Assembly: GCA_951406725.2 (NCBI GenBank)
Contig: OX597821.1
Span: 111,228,001 to 111,292,000 of the forward strand
Length of the DNA stretch: 64,000 bases
Source: Octopus vulgaris
Lineage: Eukaryota
Reading direction: 5' to 3'
Shown: positions 1-12,650 of the stretch, piece after piece
Position numbering within the stretch: the first letter of the stretch is position 1
How the letters are laid out: the number at the start of each line of letters is the position of its first letter
Notes under the pieces: generated by a model
The model's database searches: none
The model's input: only the letters and a program-made list of their open reading frames with translations
Told to the model about the DNA's origin: nothing
Translations under genes and position numbers: made by a program

Positions 1-399
1 TTTATCTTTTTGTCTTTTACTCGTTTTAGCTATTAGACTATGGCCATGCTGGGGCACCACCTTGGAGAATGAATCGATCTCGGTACTTTTTTTTTTAAAG
101 TTTGGTATTTATTCTTATTTCTTTATTGCCCACAGGGGGGGCTAAACATAGAGGGGACAAACAAGGACAAACAAAGGGATTAAGTTGACAACCGGTGCTG
201 GTGTGTTTATGTCCCCGTCACTTAGCGGTTCGGCAAAGACAACCCGATAGAATAACTACCAAGCTTAAAAAAAAACAAAGCAAAATATGTACTGGGATAG
301 ATTCATTCGACTAAAACGTCTTCAAGATGGTGCTCCAGCATGGCCGCAGTCTAATTACTGAAACAAGTAAAAGATAACAAGGCAAGATAGACGAGTATT

Positions 400-607
400 C
401 TCTTCTAATCTAGGCACAAGGCCTGAAATTTTGGGGAAGGGTTCAGTTGAGTAGATCGACCCCATTATGCAAATGGTATTTTAATTTATCGACCCCGAAA
501 GGATGAAAGGCAAAGTCGACCTCGGCAGAATTTGAACTCAGAACGTAACGGCAGACGAAGTACGGGTAAGCATTTCGCCTGGCGCACTAACGTTTCTGCC
601 AGCTCAC
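400..607 (-). mobile_element. tRNA-derived SINE family A (representative copy; many more in the window)
   Basis: Head gagctggcagaaacgttag with B box gagttcaaattc, then body gtcgactttgcctttcatcc. Other copies near 3960-4160, 18200-18650, 19450-19985, 29630-30115, 46850-47280, 54020-54500, 56750-57100 and 59900-60110. Confidence 0.85.
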
Positions 608-689
608 CTGGTACTTATTCTATTAGTTTCTTTCGCTGGACCACCAAGTTACGGGGACATAAACAAATCAAGAATTAAACATCATCATC

Positions 690-875
690 ATTATCATCAT
701 CATCATCATCATCGTCGTTTAACGTCTGCTTTCCATGCTGGCATGGGTTGGACGGTTTGACTGAGAACTGGTGAGCCAGAAGGCTGCACCATGCTCCAGT
801 CTGATCTGGCAAAGTTTCTACAGCTGGATGCCTTTCCTAATGCCAACCACTCTGAGAGCGTAGTGGGTGCTACTA
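690..875 (-). mobile_element. RTE-LINE 3' tail / RTE-tailed SINE ending in (GAT)n (representative; dozens of copies)
   Basis: Recurrent (cat)n-cgtttaacgtc...tttccatgctggcatgggttggacgg...ctggatgcccttcctaatgccaaccac. The same tail is contiguous with the RTE ORF2 fragment at 49070-49700. Confidence 0.8.
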
Positions 876-1169
876 TTATGTTAAACTCTGAGAGTTTAAC
901 ATAATAGCATCGATATATTTTGCAGCAATACTTACAGATATTCAGCAATTTCCCTTTCTCTAAGTCGTAACTTGACCTGCTAGAAATAGCAACCAAATAT
1001 CCATGAAATTATAACACTATTTTCTAAAATGAAGGACATGCACTAGAAAATGTCATGCAACATTCCATTAAAAAGGCTGGATAGTCCTGGCTGGAATGCT
1101 TATGCCCATAGGTTCTGCTCTCTATCAGAGTTGGACTTGGGGAGTGAGTGAAACAATACCACCACAAAC

Positions 1170-1196
1170 ATCACCACCACCACCACCACCACCACC

Positions 1197-1245
<49 letters not shown>
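1170..1245 (+). repeat. Compound (CAC)n(CAA)n microsatellite
   Basis: Read directly; source of the spurious poly-H/poly-Q ORF. Confidence 0.95.
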
Positions 1246-1796
1246 TAAACAATGTCTTCCCCCCTTACCTATTTCATTTCCCCGGCCGATAGTGAAAGTG
1301 AAACCATGTCCCTCGTATTCTCCATCCGTCTTTAAAATGACATAACTGCAGGAATAATCAGGCTGCTTGTTCTGAAAAAGAAAAAAAAGGTAATTAAATT
1401 AAATTTTATTCTAATTAGGCAGCAGAATACGTTTTAGCTAGTGTCTTAATCACTGGTGGTAAGTTCAAATCTTGCCTTAGTAACCACAGAGCATTTAAGC
1501 TGGCCATATCCCACCCAAATATTCAACCTGTTTTATGTCCAAAGTGGTCAGATCTGGTCTCTTACACCAATCCTGCAATGTCGTTCTAAAAATAATCTGA
1601 ATGCTAAAGGGTTAAACAATATATTCTAGTCACCTTGATCTTCTTAAGTTAGTCATGCTTTTTGGAGAGTACCCTTGTCTAGTCTAGACCTTATGAGATG
1701 GATGTGAACAAGCATCACTGTCATACAGGTGGAGTTGTTTGTTGACAGTCTTTTGCAAAAAACTTCTCTGGGCCATGGGGAAATATTACCTTACTT

Positions 1797-2215
1797 GGTG
1801 ATGATGATGATGATGATGACAACAATGATGATGATGATGAGGTCGATGATGACGATGATGAAGATGATGATTATGGAAGTCGCAGTGGTGGTGGTATTGG
1901 TGTTGGTGGTAGTGGTAGTGGTGGCGGCAGTGGTGGCGATGATGTTGACGGTGATGATGATGACAATGATGATGATGGTGATGGCAATGAGAATAATGGC
2001 GATGGTAATGACAATGATGATGATGTCAATTAGAATGCTGGATGTGGCGATTATGACAATGATCACGATGACAATACTGATGACGACAACGATGACGATG
2101 GTGATGATAATTATGATTATTATGTTGACGATGATGACGACGACGACAATGACAGCAACGAGGATGATGACATTGCTGACGATGGTGATGATGATGACGA
2201 TGATGATGATGGTGA
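1797..2215 (+). repeat. Degenerate (ATG/GTG/ACG)n trinucleotide tract, ~420 bp
   Basis: Read directly; source of the spurious poly-M/V/T ORFs. Confidence 0.95.
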
Positions 2216-2418
2216 TATATTCATTAATATGCTTTTAGTTTTCTTATTCGAAACTAATAAATACAGTGTACATCTTATCTTAATTCCAAAACATAGATTA
2301 AACACATGATAACTACATTATTGTATACAGCTTTATCGTATAACCATGTCCACGCGGACATTATTATTCTGTTCTAATTTTATTGTCCTAATTTTTCTGT
2401 CCTACTTTTATTATATAG

Positions 2419-2800
2419 CTAGCACTATGACTCAGCAACACCGGGTCATAGTGCTAGTGCATGCATATACAGCTGCGTGCGTGCGCACATACACGCGAGT
2501 ACTGTCCAAATCTCCAACCAATCACATACAGCTAGCTGGCATTCAATTGGCGTATCAAGTTTCGGGCATTTTGATTGGGTTTTGGATAGAAAATTCACAA
2601 AAAAGTCACTTCTATTGATTTTTTAATGGCTTTGCAGGGTGACTGGGGAAATGTAAAGATGTGCACGACCACCCTTGGACAGTTTTGAATGACTATAGAA
2701 AGTGCGAACCCTCTAACTGAAAAATTGTGGATTTTTATAAAGGACACACACACACACACACACACACAGAGACATTTTGCCGTTTATATATAGAGAGATC
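2419..2800 (+). mobile_element. Non-autonomous Helitron/Helentron-like element
   Basis: 5' hairpin CTAGCACTATGAC...GTCATAGTGCTAG (2419-2457), an internal (CA)n tract and a ttttatatatagagagat-like end. The same hairpin recurs at 5909-5949. Confidence 0.55.
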
Positions 2801-2875
2801 ACATCCATGTGGACATTACTATTTCTCTCCTAGTTTTCTCCTTGAAAATTCAGCTGACAAAACCATACACTTCTA

Positions 2876-3126
2876 TTGGGTTGGTGCACAATTATCGCGG
2901 CTTTTTCCAACAAAATTTATTCAGCAAAACCAATAACAACATGTTACAAAAACATCTTTAAATGATTATTCCGGAGCATATTCATCATCTACTTCAATTA
3001 CTGCTTCCCATTTGCTTGACAGACGGTCAGACCATCATTTAAAATGTTTTCGGTAAATATTGTTATTGCATTTCTTGAATAAAATTTATTGAAAAAAAAA
3101 GCCGCAATAATTATGCACCAACCCAA
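2876..3126 (-). mobile_element. Internally deleted mariner element (MITE), 251 bp
   Basis: TA target duplication and ~30-bp TIRs TTGGGTTGGTGCAYAATTATYGCGGCTTTTT. Retains a transposase C-terminus-like peptide DRLSSKWEAVIEVDDEYAPE* on the minus strand. Confidence 0.85.
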
Positions 3127-4164
3127 TATTATTAACCCTTTCAATACCAATCCCACTTAGACCACCCCTAGTTGTATGATATAAACTCTGTTTTAGGATG
3201 ATTTAAATTTAAACCTTCCATCAAAATTTCTTGTTATAATATGTTCCAAACCCTAGATCAGGGGTTGCCAAAGGGGGTTTAGGGACCCGGGGGGGTGGGC
3301 AGTAGGGAATTACAGGGGGTCGATAATAGCCAAGGGGTCAAATGGGTGCTCCAGCATGGTCAAGACTGAAACAAATAAAAGAATAAAAAATATTCTTCTC
3401 AAGTCTTTAAAAAAAATAATAAATAAATAAAAAAGCTTGTCTTCCCTAACGGCAAAATCCTGTTTCTTTTTTGCAAGTTGTTAGGGATTTATTTTTAGTC
3501 AGGAACTGATTCTGAAATCTTATCTCAACAGCTCCTTTATAGGATCCTGTAGCTAAAGACATCATCAGGAGGAACCACGTCCGGTTTCAGCCTCTACTCC
3601 TTTACTGCTTTTGACGTGGTGCTCCCTCCCACCCATACTTTCAGAGGTGTCTTCAACTCTGGTGTTGAATGTGTTTCTTCTTTCTCTTTTTTCTTCTTCT
3701 GTTCTTTGGTTTCTTCGATGCAGGGTCAATGAGTGTCAGTGGGTGACTGACCATCCTGCCAAATTTCCCTTTAAATACTCGCCGGAACCATGTGGCTGTA
3801 TTTAATTTAAGAACAAGGATGACAATTTTTGTGTAGAAGGGATTTAGCAAATTAAATAGACCCCATTTCTTGACTGGTACAGGACAAATATTTTTATCTC
3901 AATAATAATGATAATGTAATTTTTATTGTGAGGAAATATTTTTCTACATTGGATTCAAATTTTGGCACAAGGCCAGTGATTTCAGGGGCGGGGTTAAGTT
4001 GATTACATTGACCCCAGTACTCAACTGGTACTTATTTTATCAACTCTGAAAAGATGTAAAGCAAAGTTGTCGTCAGTAGACTTTTAAACTCAGATTGTAA
4101 CTATGGACCAATGGCCACAAAGCATTTTCCCCAGAATACTAACAATCCTGCCATCTTGCTGCCT

Positions 4165-5512
4165 TAACCCTTTCAGAACTAACCCACCTGAAACCACCTC
4201 TGGCTCTCTAGTACAAATGTCTTGTCTTCATAAGTTTTGAATTAAAATCTTTCACCAAACCTTAGTCACAATTTATGTTCCTAACAGTAGCTGAATGATA
4301 ACTAAGTTATTTTACTAAATTCTTAGTTATATTTAACATAATTGAAAGAAACACAGAGCATCACAACAGAAATACAGTAACAAAAGGGTTAAAATATATA
4401 ATAGAGAAACAATTCTTGACCCTTTTGATACCAACCTGGCTGAAACTGGCTCTGGCGCTGAGTTCAAATGTCTTGTTTTCACAAATTTTGAATTAAAATC
4501 GTCCACCAAACTTTAGTCACAATTTATGATCCTAATACTAGCTTAATGATAATTAAGAAATATGGTAACAAAAGGGTTAAGAAGAAAAATAATCAGCAGA
4601 AGACGTAAGAGAAGGAGGCCTCAGTGTGGTCACTCTATATGCTAGAAATGATAGCTTAAATTTCCTTCAATCCATACCCTTCCAACTGCTTCTAATGTCT
4701 ATCTGCCCAAATGTAGAAGTGTGTTTAACCCTTTTGATGCCAACCTGGCTGAGACCGCCCCTGGTTCTGTAGTATAAATGTCTTGTTTTCAAAAGTTCTG
4801 AATTAAAATCTTCCACCAAACCTTAGTCACAACATATGTTCCTAACACTAGCTTAATGGTAATTAATTTATTTTACTAAATTCTTTGTTATATCTAAATT
4901 AATTGAAAGAAACACAGAGCATCACAACAGAAATACAGTAACAAAAGGGTTAAAATATATAATAGAGAAACAATTCTTGACCCTTTTGATACCAACCTGG
5001 CTGAAACTGGCTCTGGCGCTGAGTTCAAATGTCTTGTTTTCACAAATTTTGAATTAAAATCGTCCACCAAACTTTAGTCACAATTTATGATCCTAATACT
5101 AGCTTAATGATAATTAAGAAATATGGTAACAAAAGGGTTAAGAAGAAAAATAATCAGCAGAAGACGTAAGAGAAGGAGGCCTCAGTGTGGTCACTCTATA
5201 TGCTAGAAATGATAGCTTAAATTTCCTTCAATCCATACCCTTCCAACTGCTTCTAATGTCTATCTGCCCAAATGTAGAAGTGTGTTTAACCCTTTTGATG
5301 CCAACCTGGCTGAGACCCCCTCTGGTTCTATAGTATAAATGTCTTGTTTTCAAAAGTTCTGAATTAAAATCTTCCACCAAACCTTAGTCACAATATATGT
5401 TCCTAACACTAGCTTAATGGTAATTAATTTATTTAACTAAATTCTTTGTTATATCTAAATTAATTGAAAGAAACACAGAGCATCTCAACAGAAATACAGT
5501 AACGAAAGGGTT
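4165..5512 (+). repeat. Array of five piggyBac-type MITEs containing a 561-bp tandem duplication
   Basis: Units bounded by TTAA-CCCTTT...AAAGGG-TTAA-type ends; ~4340-4900 is repeated at ~4901-5461. Confidence 0.88.
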
Positions 5513-5874
5513 GATATCTTTATATATTATGATAGAATCTTATTGTTATTATTCATGATAAACAAAGTAGTGAGCTGTGAGAATTGGTTGTGCATCAGAC
5601 AAAATAATTTGGTGCATTTGTTTGGGCTTTTTAACATTCCGAGTTCAAATACTGCTGAAGTCACTTTTGTCTTTTGTCCCTCCAGGGCTGTCAAAATAAA
5701 ATACTAGTAAAATACTAGGTTGATGCAATCGACTAAACCTAGCTCCTAAAATTGCTGGCCTTGGGCCAAAATTTGAAACAATTATTTACAATAAAACTAA
5801 TGAGTTTCCCTAATGAGATGAAGTTGATAAATGACAAAGAAGAACATTCAGTGAGTTGCACTGTGAAATTATAT

Positions 5875-5908
<34 letters not shown>

Positions 5909-5910
<2 letters not shown>

Positions 5911-6692
5911 TAGCATTATGACCCGTCTTTGCCGGGTCATAGTGCTAGTGCATGTATATATGTGTATACATATGTGTACATATTGTACATATTACATGTA
6001 CATCTACACATAAAATATGCATCTACATATAAAATACAAAAAACAAAGTTATATCTTGATATCGCTGGTGATAACAATACTGAAAATATATAACAGACTG
6101 GAATTGTAGAACTATTCCATTTCTGCACGCTAATTTTAGTTTTAATTTATTCCCATTCATGTGAAACCACTTATTCAAGTTCAAATCTTTGATGCAATTT
6201 TATACCAATTGCTATTTTTACTTTTAATTGTTATGTTACAATTTAATTATTGTATTATACTTTAGTTTGATTTTAATTATTACTTACTACATATAATTCA
6301 ATTGTTATTATTATTTTTATTGTTAAAGTGAAAGTATCTGACATAAAATAGAGAAATGTTTTTGTTTCACTTTTAACACGTAATACTGAAATAGTGGAGA
6401 AGATATGATATTGCTATGGGCAAGAAGTTGAACATTTTTTTTGCCCATGAAACCACATGGACCCTAAGTAAGGCATGTGTAAAATTTGAATGAAATTGCT
6501 TGTGTTGTTCTCGAGTTTTAGGGAATCATAGTGGAGAAGATATGATATTGCTGTGGGCTCGCCCTAGGCAAAAAGTTAAACATTTTTTTTGCTGATGACA
6601 CTCCCTGGACCCTAAGTAAGGCATGTGTAAAATTTGAATGAAATTGGTTGTGTAGTTCTCAAATTTTAGGGAAACACACAGACAGACAGACA
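5909..6692 (+). mobile_element. Helentron-like element with an internal 137-bp tandem repeat and (GACA)n end
   Basis: 17-bp hairpin at 5909-5949 beside a (TA)n tract; atagtggagaagatatgatattgct occurs at 6391 and 6528; ends acagacagacagaca. Confidence 0.55.
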
Positions 6693-7382
6693 ATATTGAA
6701 ATGAGATTGGTTATTTCAGATTCCTGATTTTAAACTCTCACTAAATTCCAGGATAAGAAAAGCCTTCTTTGAAATGTATATCAAATTAAGGAGACTGTTT
6801 AAAAAGATATTTCTATCAAAATAACATTTTAACTGAAGATTATGAAATATTTTCGTGGTGGAATACCAAATAAAACATTTACCATTGCATCGGAACCATG
6901 CAATTCTAGCGACGTGGGGAACCTAACATCGTGTAAAGAATATCCAGTGATTGTTGCTTCCATTTTGCCTTCATATAAACTAAGAGAACGATGTCTCGAA
7001 TGGTCTTTTTGTCAAATTTATTCTCTAATATTCAGTGTTTGACGTAAATCGTGCTTCTAGTTTAATGAAGATTATTCTTTTAACGAATGATAATCGTTAT
7101 CTTGAATTTCATTATCTTTATCAACACAAAGGTTAGTTGTCACACTTTATTGAATACCACCGAGTTAAGACTGTGAATATAATAAAAAAAGGAAAATATG
7201 CCATACAAAGTTATTAATGGTGATTGATTAATTAAGTTCAAGGACAGGGATATTTGAAACGAACTGTTTCTTCTCTTGTTGTTAGTTTTCCAACACGTTT
7301 TACCAACCTACAACAGAAGCTATGGCTGTATGTATCTTCATGTTATCTTTCCATGTCTTCACACCCATCTATTTATGTTTGT

Positions 7383-7983
7383 TATTTCTTTACTGCCCAC
7401 ACGGGGCTACACAGAGAGGGGACAAACAAGGACAGACAAATGGATTAAGTCGATTATATCGACCCCAGTGCGTAACTGGTACTTATTTAATCGACCCCGA
7501 AAAGATGAAAGGCAAAGTTGACCTCAGTGGAATTTGAACTCAGAACATAGTGGCAGCCGAAATACCTATTTCTTTACTACCCACAAGGGGCTAAACACAG
7601 AGAAGAGAAACAAGGACAGACAAACGGATTAAGACGATTATATCAACTCCAGTGCGTAACTGGTACTTATTTAATCGACCCCGAAATGATGAAAGGCAAA
7701 GTCGACCTCGGTGGAATTTGAACTCAGAATGTAGCGGCAGCCAAAATACCTATTTCTTTACTACCCACAAGGGGCTAAACACAGAGAGGACAAACAAGGA
7801 CAGACAAATGGATTAAGTCGATTATATCGACTCCAGTGCGTAACTGGTACTTATTTAATCAACCCCCGAAAGGATGAAAGACAAAGTCGACCTTGGCGGA
7901 ATTTGAACTCAGAACATAGCGGCAGACAAAATACCGCTAAGCATTTTGCCTGGCATGCTAATGTTTCTGCCAGCTCTCTGCCT
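7383..7983 (-). mobile_element. Head-to-tail trimer of SINE family A, period 184 bp
   Basis: tatttctttact at 7383, 7567 and 7751; only the last unit has the full tRNA head. Confidence 0.88.
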
Positions 7984-8189
7984 TTCTGTTTATGTTTGTA
8001 TTGAAGCTACATGTAATACAACAGCTGTGTAGAAATGCGATGTTGATATGGTTGCTAAATGAAAATCAAAGATGAGGACAAATATCTGTCAAATGTAAAT
8101 AATCATTTTAGGAAATTTACATTTAACTCTTTAGCATTTAAACTGGCCCAAATATATTACCTATTTTATTTTTAGACTACTCAGATGCA

Positions 8190-8585
8190 GGATCTTTTCG
8201 GTTTGAACGGCAGTTTTTAAAAATAATTTCCATGTAACTAAACACTTTTAAACTTCGTATATTGGTAGAATGTGTTTATAAAACATCTTTTTCTCTTGGC
8301 TTTATTGAGAAAATTCTATAGTTTGTAAGATATTTGTTGTTTTTTTTCTCTTCACTTTCTGCAATTTCAACCAATCACTGACGTCTATTGAGGTAAAAAA
8401 AACATTCTGTGCCGTATGAATATGTCCCTCGTTTAAGAAACAGATTGGGTTTATTTACATTTCTGAAGAAAAAAGATACCCTTCCCTCTATTGAAATGCA
8501 ATAGATCAATACTAGGGTCATAATTATGGGTGACAATTTCATATGACACTGCTAGAAAAAACTGCCGTTCAAACCGAAAAGATCC
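8190..8585. mobile_element. MITE with GGATC-terminal TIRs and an 8-bp TSD (Merlin-like), nested in a piggyBac-type MITE
   Basis: TIR GGATCTTTTCGGTTTGAACGGCAGTTTTT at both ends; TSD CAGATGCA at 8182-8189 and 8586-8593. The superfamily call is inference. Confidence 0.85.
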
Positions 8586-8983
8586 CAGATGCATCCTCTC
8601 ACATCTATTCTGCAATGACATCTAAAAATAAATGATCATGTCATTGATACCTCAAAGCTAGGAGATAATACATGATTAATTTAAAACAAGGTGAATAAAT
8701 AAGCATTACATTTGACAGAATAATCTGTATGTTATATTGTTAAAATAAGAGCATGTTTTAAACTATAGGTGTGCCAGACTGCATATTTGTATCACCTTTT
8801 GAAGAATTCTCACAATATTTGATGTTTATCTTATTCACTAAAAGAGACAGCTGCTTCCATACTGGTCTCAGAGAGGAACACAGGAAATATTTGTCTCCAT
8901 ACAGCCATCTCAGGCTGTATAGAGACAATGGAGGAAGTTCACATGTACAACCCCAGCCCAAGGGCTGACCACTGCTAAACTAG

Positions 8984-9594
8984 AAGGAACAGAAGAAAAG
9001 GAGAGTCAAGTGAAGGAAGAGGGAAAACAGTGGGAAACCCCAGGAAAAAGAAAACAGCGGAAAAGAAAAAAACGCAAGTAACCGTGAACCCCAACCCACG
9101 CCAGCACCACCCTCACCCATTGTGTCCCACCCCATCCCTGCAGACACCAAATCCACCCACTCCCCACCAACAAGAAAACAGACAAACAAATGATAATACA
9201 AAACCGCCACTCTGAAGAATATTGTATAGGTATTATAGACAGCAAACATTAGAAATGCCAGATGGTTGGCATCAGAAAATGGAATTGGTAATGTGAAAAA
9301 GTCGGGAGAAAGAACTTGAAAAGGAACTTGAGGATGAATATATGTTAATAAGAGGAACATTGGCACTGGAAAAGAGGAATAAACTAGAAGAAATATACGA
9401 GGTTAAATTTGTGGACTTTGTGGTTTTTGCGGTAAAATAGGAAAAAACGGATGAGTAAGTGATGTTGACTGATGGGGCAGTTAACATCACTTTTATCTCT
9501 CATTTTCACCCTTTTTCTCATCATATCATATGATAATTTTGTTTGATGTTTTGTGTCCCCTCTATGTAAGACCTGTATGGTTAATAAAAAACCA
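8984..9594 (+). mobile_element. 5'-truncated non-LTR retrotransposon fragment with a 14-bp TSD
   Basis: CACTGCTAAACTAG at 8970-8983 and 9595-9608; the insert ends in a T-rich tail with ggttAATAAAaaa. Confidence 0.7.
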
Positions 9595-9649
9595 CACTGC
9601 TAAACTAGTTATACAATGATGGAGTGTCCTGTCAAAGACAACACATAAG

Positions 9650-10075
9650 GGATCTGTTCGGTTTGAAAGGCAGTTTTTTCTGATGGTGTCATATGAAATT
9701 GATTCCCATAATTATGACCCTAGTATTGATCTATTGCATTTCCATCTGTTTTAGGGCTAGGGTAAGTTAGGGTTAGGGGTGGGAGGAAGGGTATCTTTTT
9801 TTCTTCACAAATGTAAATAAACCTAATCTGTTTCTTAAACGAGGGACATATTCATACAGGACAGAATGTTTTTTTACCTCAATGGACGTCAGTGATTGGT
9901 TGAAATAGAAGAAATTGAAGAAAAAAACCCAAATATCTTACATACTATAGAATTTTCTCAATAAAGCCAAGAGAAAAAGATGTTTTATAAACACATACTA
10001 CCAGTATACAAAGTTTAAAATTTTTTAGTTACCTAGAAATTATGTTAAAAACTGCCGTTCAAATCGAAAAGATCC
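9650..10075. mobile_element. Second copy of the Merlin-like MITE, opposite orientation
   Basis: Same TIRs; TSD CACATAAG (9642-9649) and CGCATAAG (10076-10083). Confidence 0.85.
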
Positions 10076-10602
10076 CGCATAAGTGTTCAATGAGAAGGAA
10101 AGAAAAGAATTCCATCTCTTCAATAAGCAAATGCCATAATGAAATCTTATGATATACAAGACTGGCTTTTATCAAATAGATCTTTCTGTAGTTGTTACAA
10201 ACATTTGGAGGCAGAAAAATGTAGGATTGAGGTCAATACTGTTTGCGAATTACTCATTTCAAGATTGAATGTTCAATTTCTCATATTTCCAAACTTATCT
10301 CTCTGTGTCTTAGTGTCTGTGTTTGACCCCCACCCCAACCCCCTGCACACCAGCTTGACAACAAGAGTTGGTTTGTTTGCATCCCTGTAACATAACAGTT
10401 CAGCAAAAAACAAAAACCCATAGACAAGGTTCAAGACTCAAAGAAAAACAACATAATCAATGGCATTCATTTGTTTCACTAAGACCCTTCAAGGTGGAGC
10501 CCCAGCGTGGCCACAGTCCAAAGACTGAAAACAACCTACAAATATTAATTATATCTAATTGTGGCAAAAGTATAACACCACAGTGGTATCACTAGCCCAG
10601 TG

Positions 10603-10662
10603 TTATATAATATATATGTATGTGTAATATATATATAATATATATGTGTATATATATATATG

Positions 10663-10713
<51 letters not shown>

Positions 10714-10715
10714 TG

Positions 10716-10779
<64 letters not shown>

Positions 10780-10790
10780 ATATATATGTA
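10603..10790. repeat. Long degenerate (TA)n microsatellite
   Basis: Read directly. Confidence 0.95.
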
Positions 10791-11554
10791 ATAAATCTAA
10801 TGAATGAGTTGTAATCAATCAAATATGTATCTAATTAAGGCTGGTCTTTTAATTTAGCTTCATCTATTCCCAGCTTTTGGAAAAACTCCAGCAGTTCCTT
10901 TACACATATAGCAACTCCACAGCTTGTTTCTTTGTTTAAATCAATGCTGTGTGTGAGTCTCTCCTTCTATCTCTCTCTCTCTACATAAATACACACACGT
11001 ATATATATATATATATATATTTATACATGTTATGTACATATAAACTTATCTTTCTGTTCATATCAATCAATCAATCAATCTATCTATCTATAAATTCTTG
11101 TATTTGTTTCAGTCATTTGACTGTGGCCATGCTGGAGCACTGCCTTTAGCCAAACACACACACACATCATCATCATCGTTTAACGTCCGTTTTCCATGCT
11201 AGCATGGGTTGGACACATATATATATATATACGACAGGCTTCTCTCAGTTTCTGTCTACCAAATCCACTCACAAGGCTTTGGTTGGCCCGAGGCTATAGT
11301 AGAAGGCACTTGCTCAAAGTGCTATGCAGTGGGACTGAACCCAGGATCATGTGGTTGGTAAGGAAGCTACTTATCACACAGCCACTCCTGCACACACACA
11401 TATATATATATACACACAATTTAATGGTAGTTTTGACTTTAAGAGTCCCTCCTAGCGTGAAGCATTTATGTATAGTAATGCCCTTATATATATATATATA
11501 TATATATAAAAGAGATGACACAAGAAAAACCAAATGTTTTGGAATGAGCTTCAT

Positions 11555-11775
11555 TAGCTTACAACTGTTTCTGCTATGAGATGCAGTGGACTCTTAGTTG
11601 AGTACCAGGATAACATCCTATAGCTTCATCAGAGACTAGAATACGAAGTGCACTTTGTTTGGGAAAGTTACATTTTCAGAACATACAGGTGTTATGAGTG
11701 AGAAAGTTATCCTGGAAGTCAACTCAGAGTCCACTACATCTTAGAGTAGAAACAGTTGTAAGTGATGTTCATTGC
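11555..11775. mobile_element. Inverted repeat with a hammerhead-like core; probable Penelope-like element remnant
   Basis: Minus strand reads CTGATGA (11632-11626), a GCTAT...ATAGC stem, then GAAACAGTTGTA. The same segment is repeated in inverted orientation at ~11705-11775. Confidence 0.5.
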
Positions 11776-12155
11776 ATAACATTTGGTTTTTTTCCTGGTG
11801 TCATCTCTTTGTTTTCTGTTACCATCCTATACTCATCTACCATTGTGTTCTGGACCATATGTATATTGAGTTCTACACCAGGTTATAAGACTTGCTATGC
11901 CTAAGCAAAATATCAAAATATATAGTGTGCAATGGGTAAACTGTTGCCATTTTATATTTTTAATTTCGTGCATTCTTTTTGATTTTGTCAATTACACAGT
12001 ATAGTAGGGTCTGTTGGGCACTGTCTGTGAGAAAAACAGCACAAGGACACAATTTGCTCTGCCAGAAATTAGGAAACGACATGCTGTACTGCTTTGCATT
12101 TATGCCAGAGGCTCCAGTACGAATATTTTGAAGTGTTAGGGTGTCAATCTGAAGA

Positions 12156-12650
12156 CATGTACCAATAGCGATAAAAATCAAACATCCAGTCAACATCATG
12201 ATGTTCGGAGTGATCCCTAGTGATAACAATGTTATGTCTCCATTCATCCTTGCATATGGTCTCAGACTCAACACGGAGGCCTACTTCAAGTGCATGGAGG
12301 TAGTGTTGCTTTGGGCCAACAGGGCGGCTGCTGGAAGACCCTATGTCTGGTAACAGGACTCTGCACCATGCCACACAAGCAGGAGAACCCAGTCATGGCT
12401 ATCAGATAATTTTTGCAACCACAACATCTGGCTACCTAACTCCCCAGACTTCAAACCCCTTGATTTTTATGTGTGGGGTACAGTTGAGTGAGAGACCAAC
12501 AAAACTCCTTGTAACACCAAAGATGAACTGAAGGCAAAGATCGTGGTAGCATTCACCAGCTTATACAAGGAGACCGTCCAGAAGAGCTGTAGGAGATTCC
12601 AAAGTCATCTTGAGGCTGTGGTTGACACCAATGGCGATTTTATTGAATAA
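12156..12650 (+). pseudogene. Dead Tc1/mariner (maT/DD37D-like) transposase, C-terminal half
   Basis: Reads KHPVNIMMFGVI...RPYVW*QDSAPCHTSRRTQSWL...IWLPNSPDFKPLDFYVWGTVE*...LEAVVDTNGDFIE*, with two in-frame stops. The D-D spacing here is 34, so the subfamily call assumes a small deletion. Confidence 0.85.

Noticed and set aside
1148-2305. ORFs rich in H/Q, M/V/T or I
   Set aside because: They are translations of trinucleotide microsatellites, with no splice or homology support.
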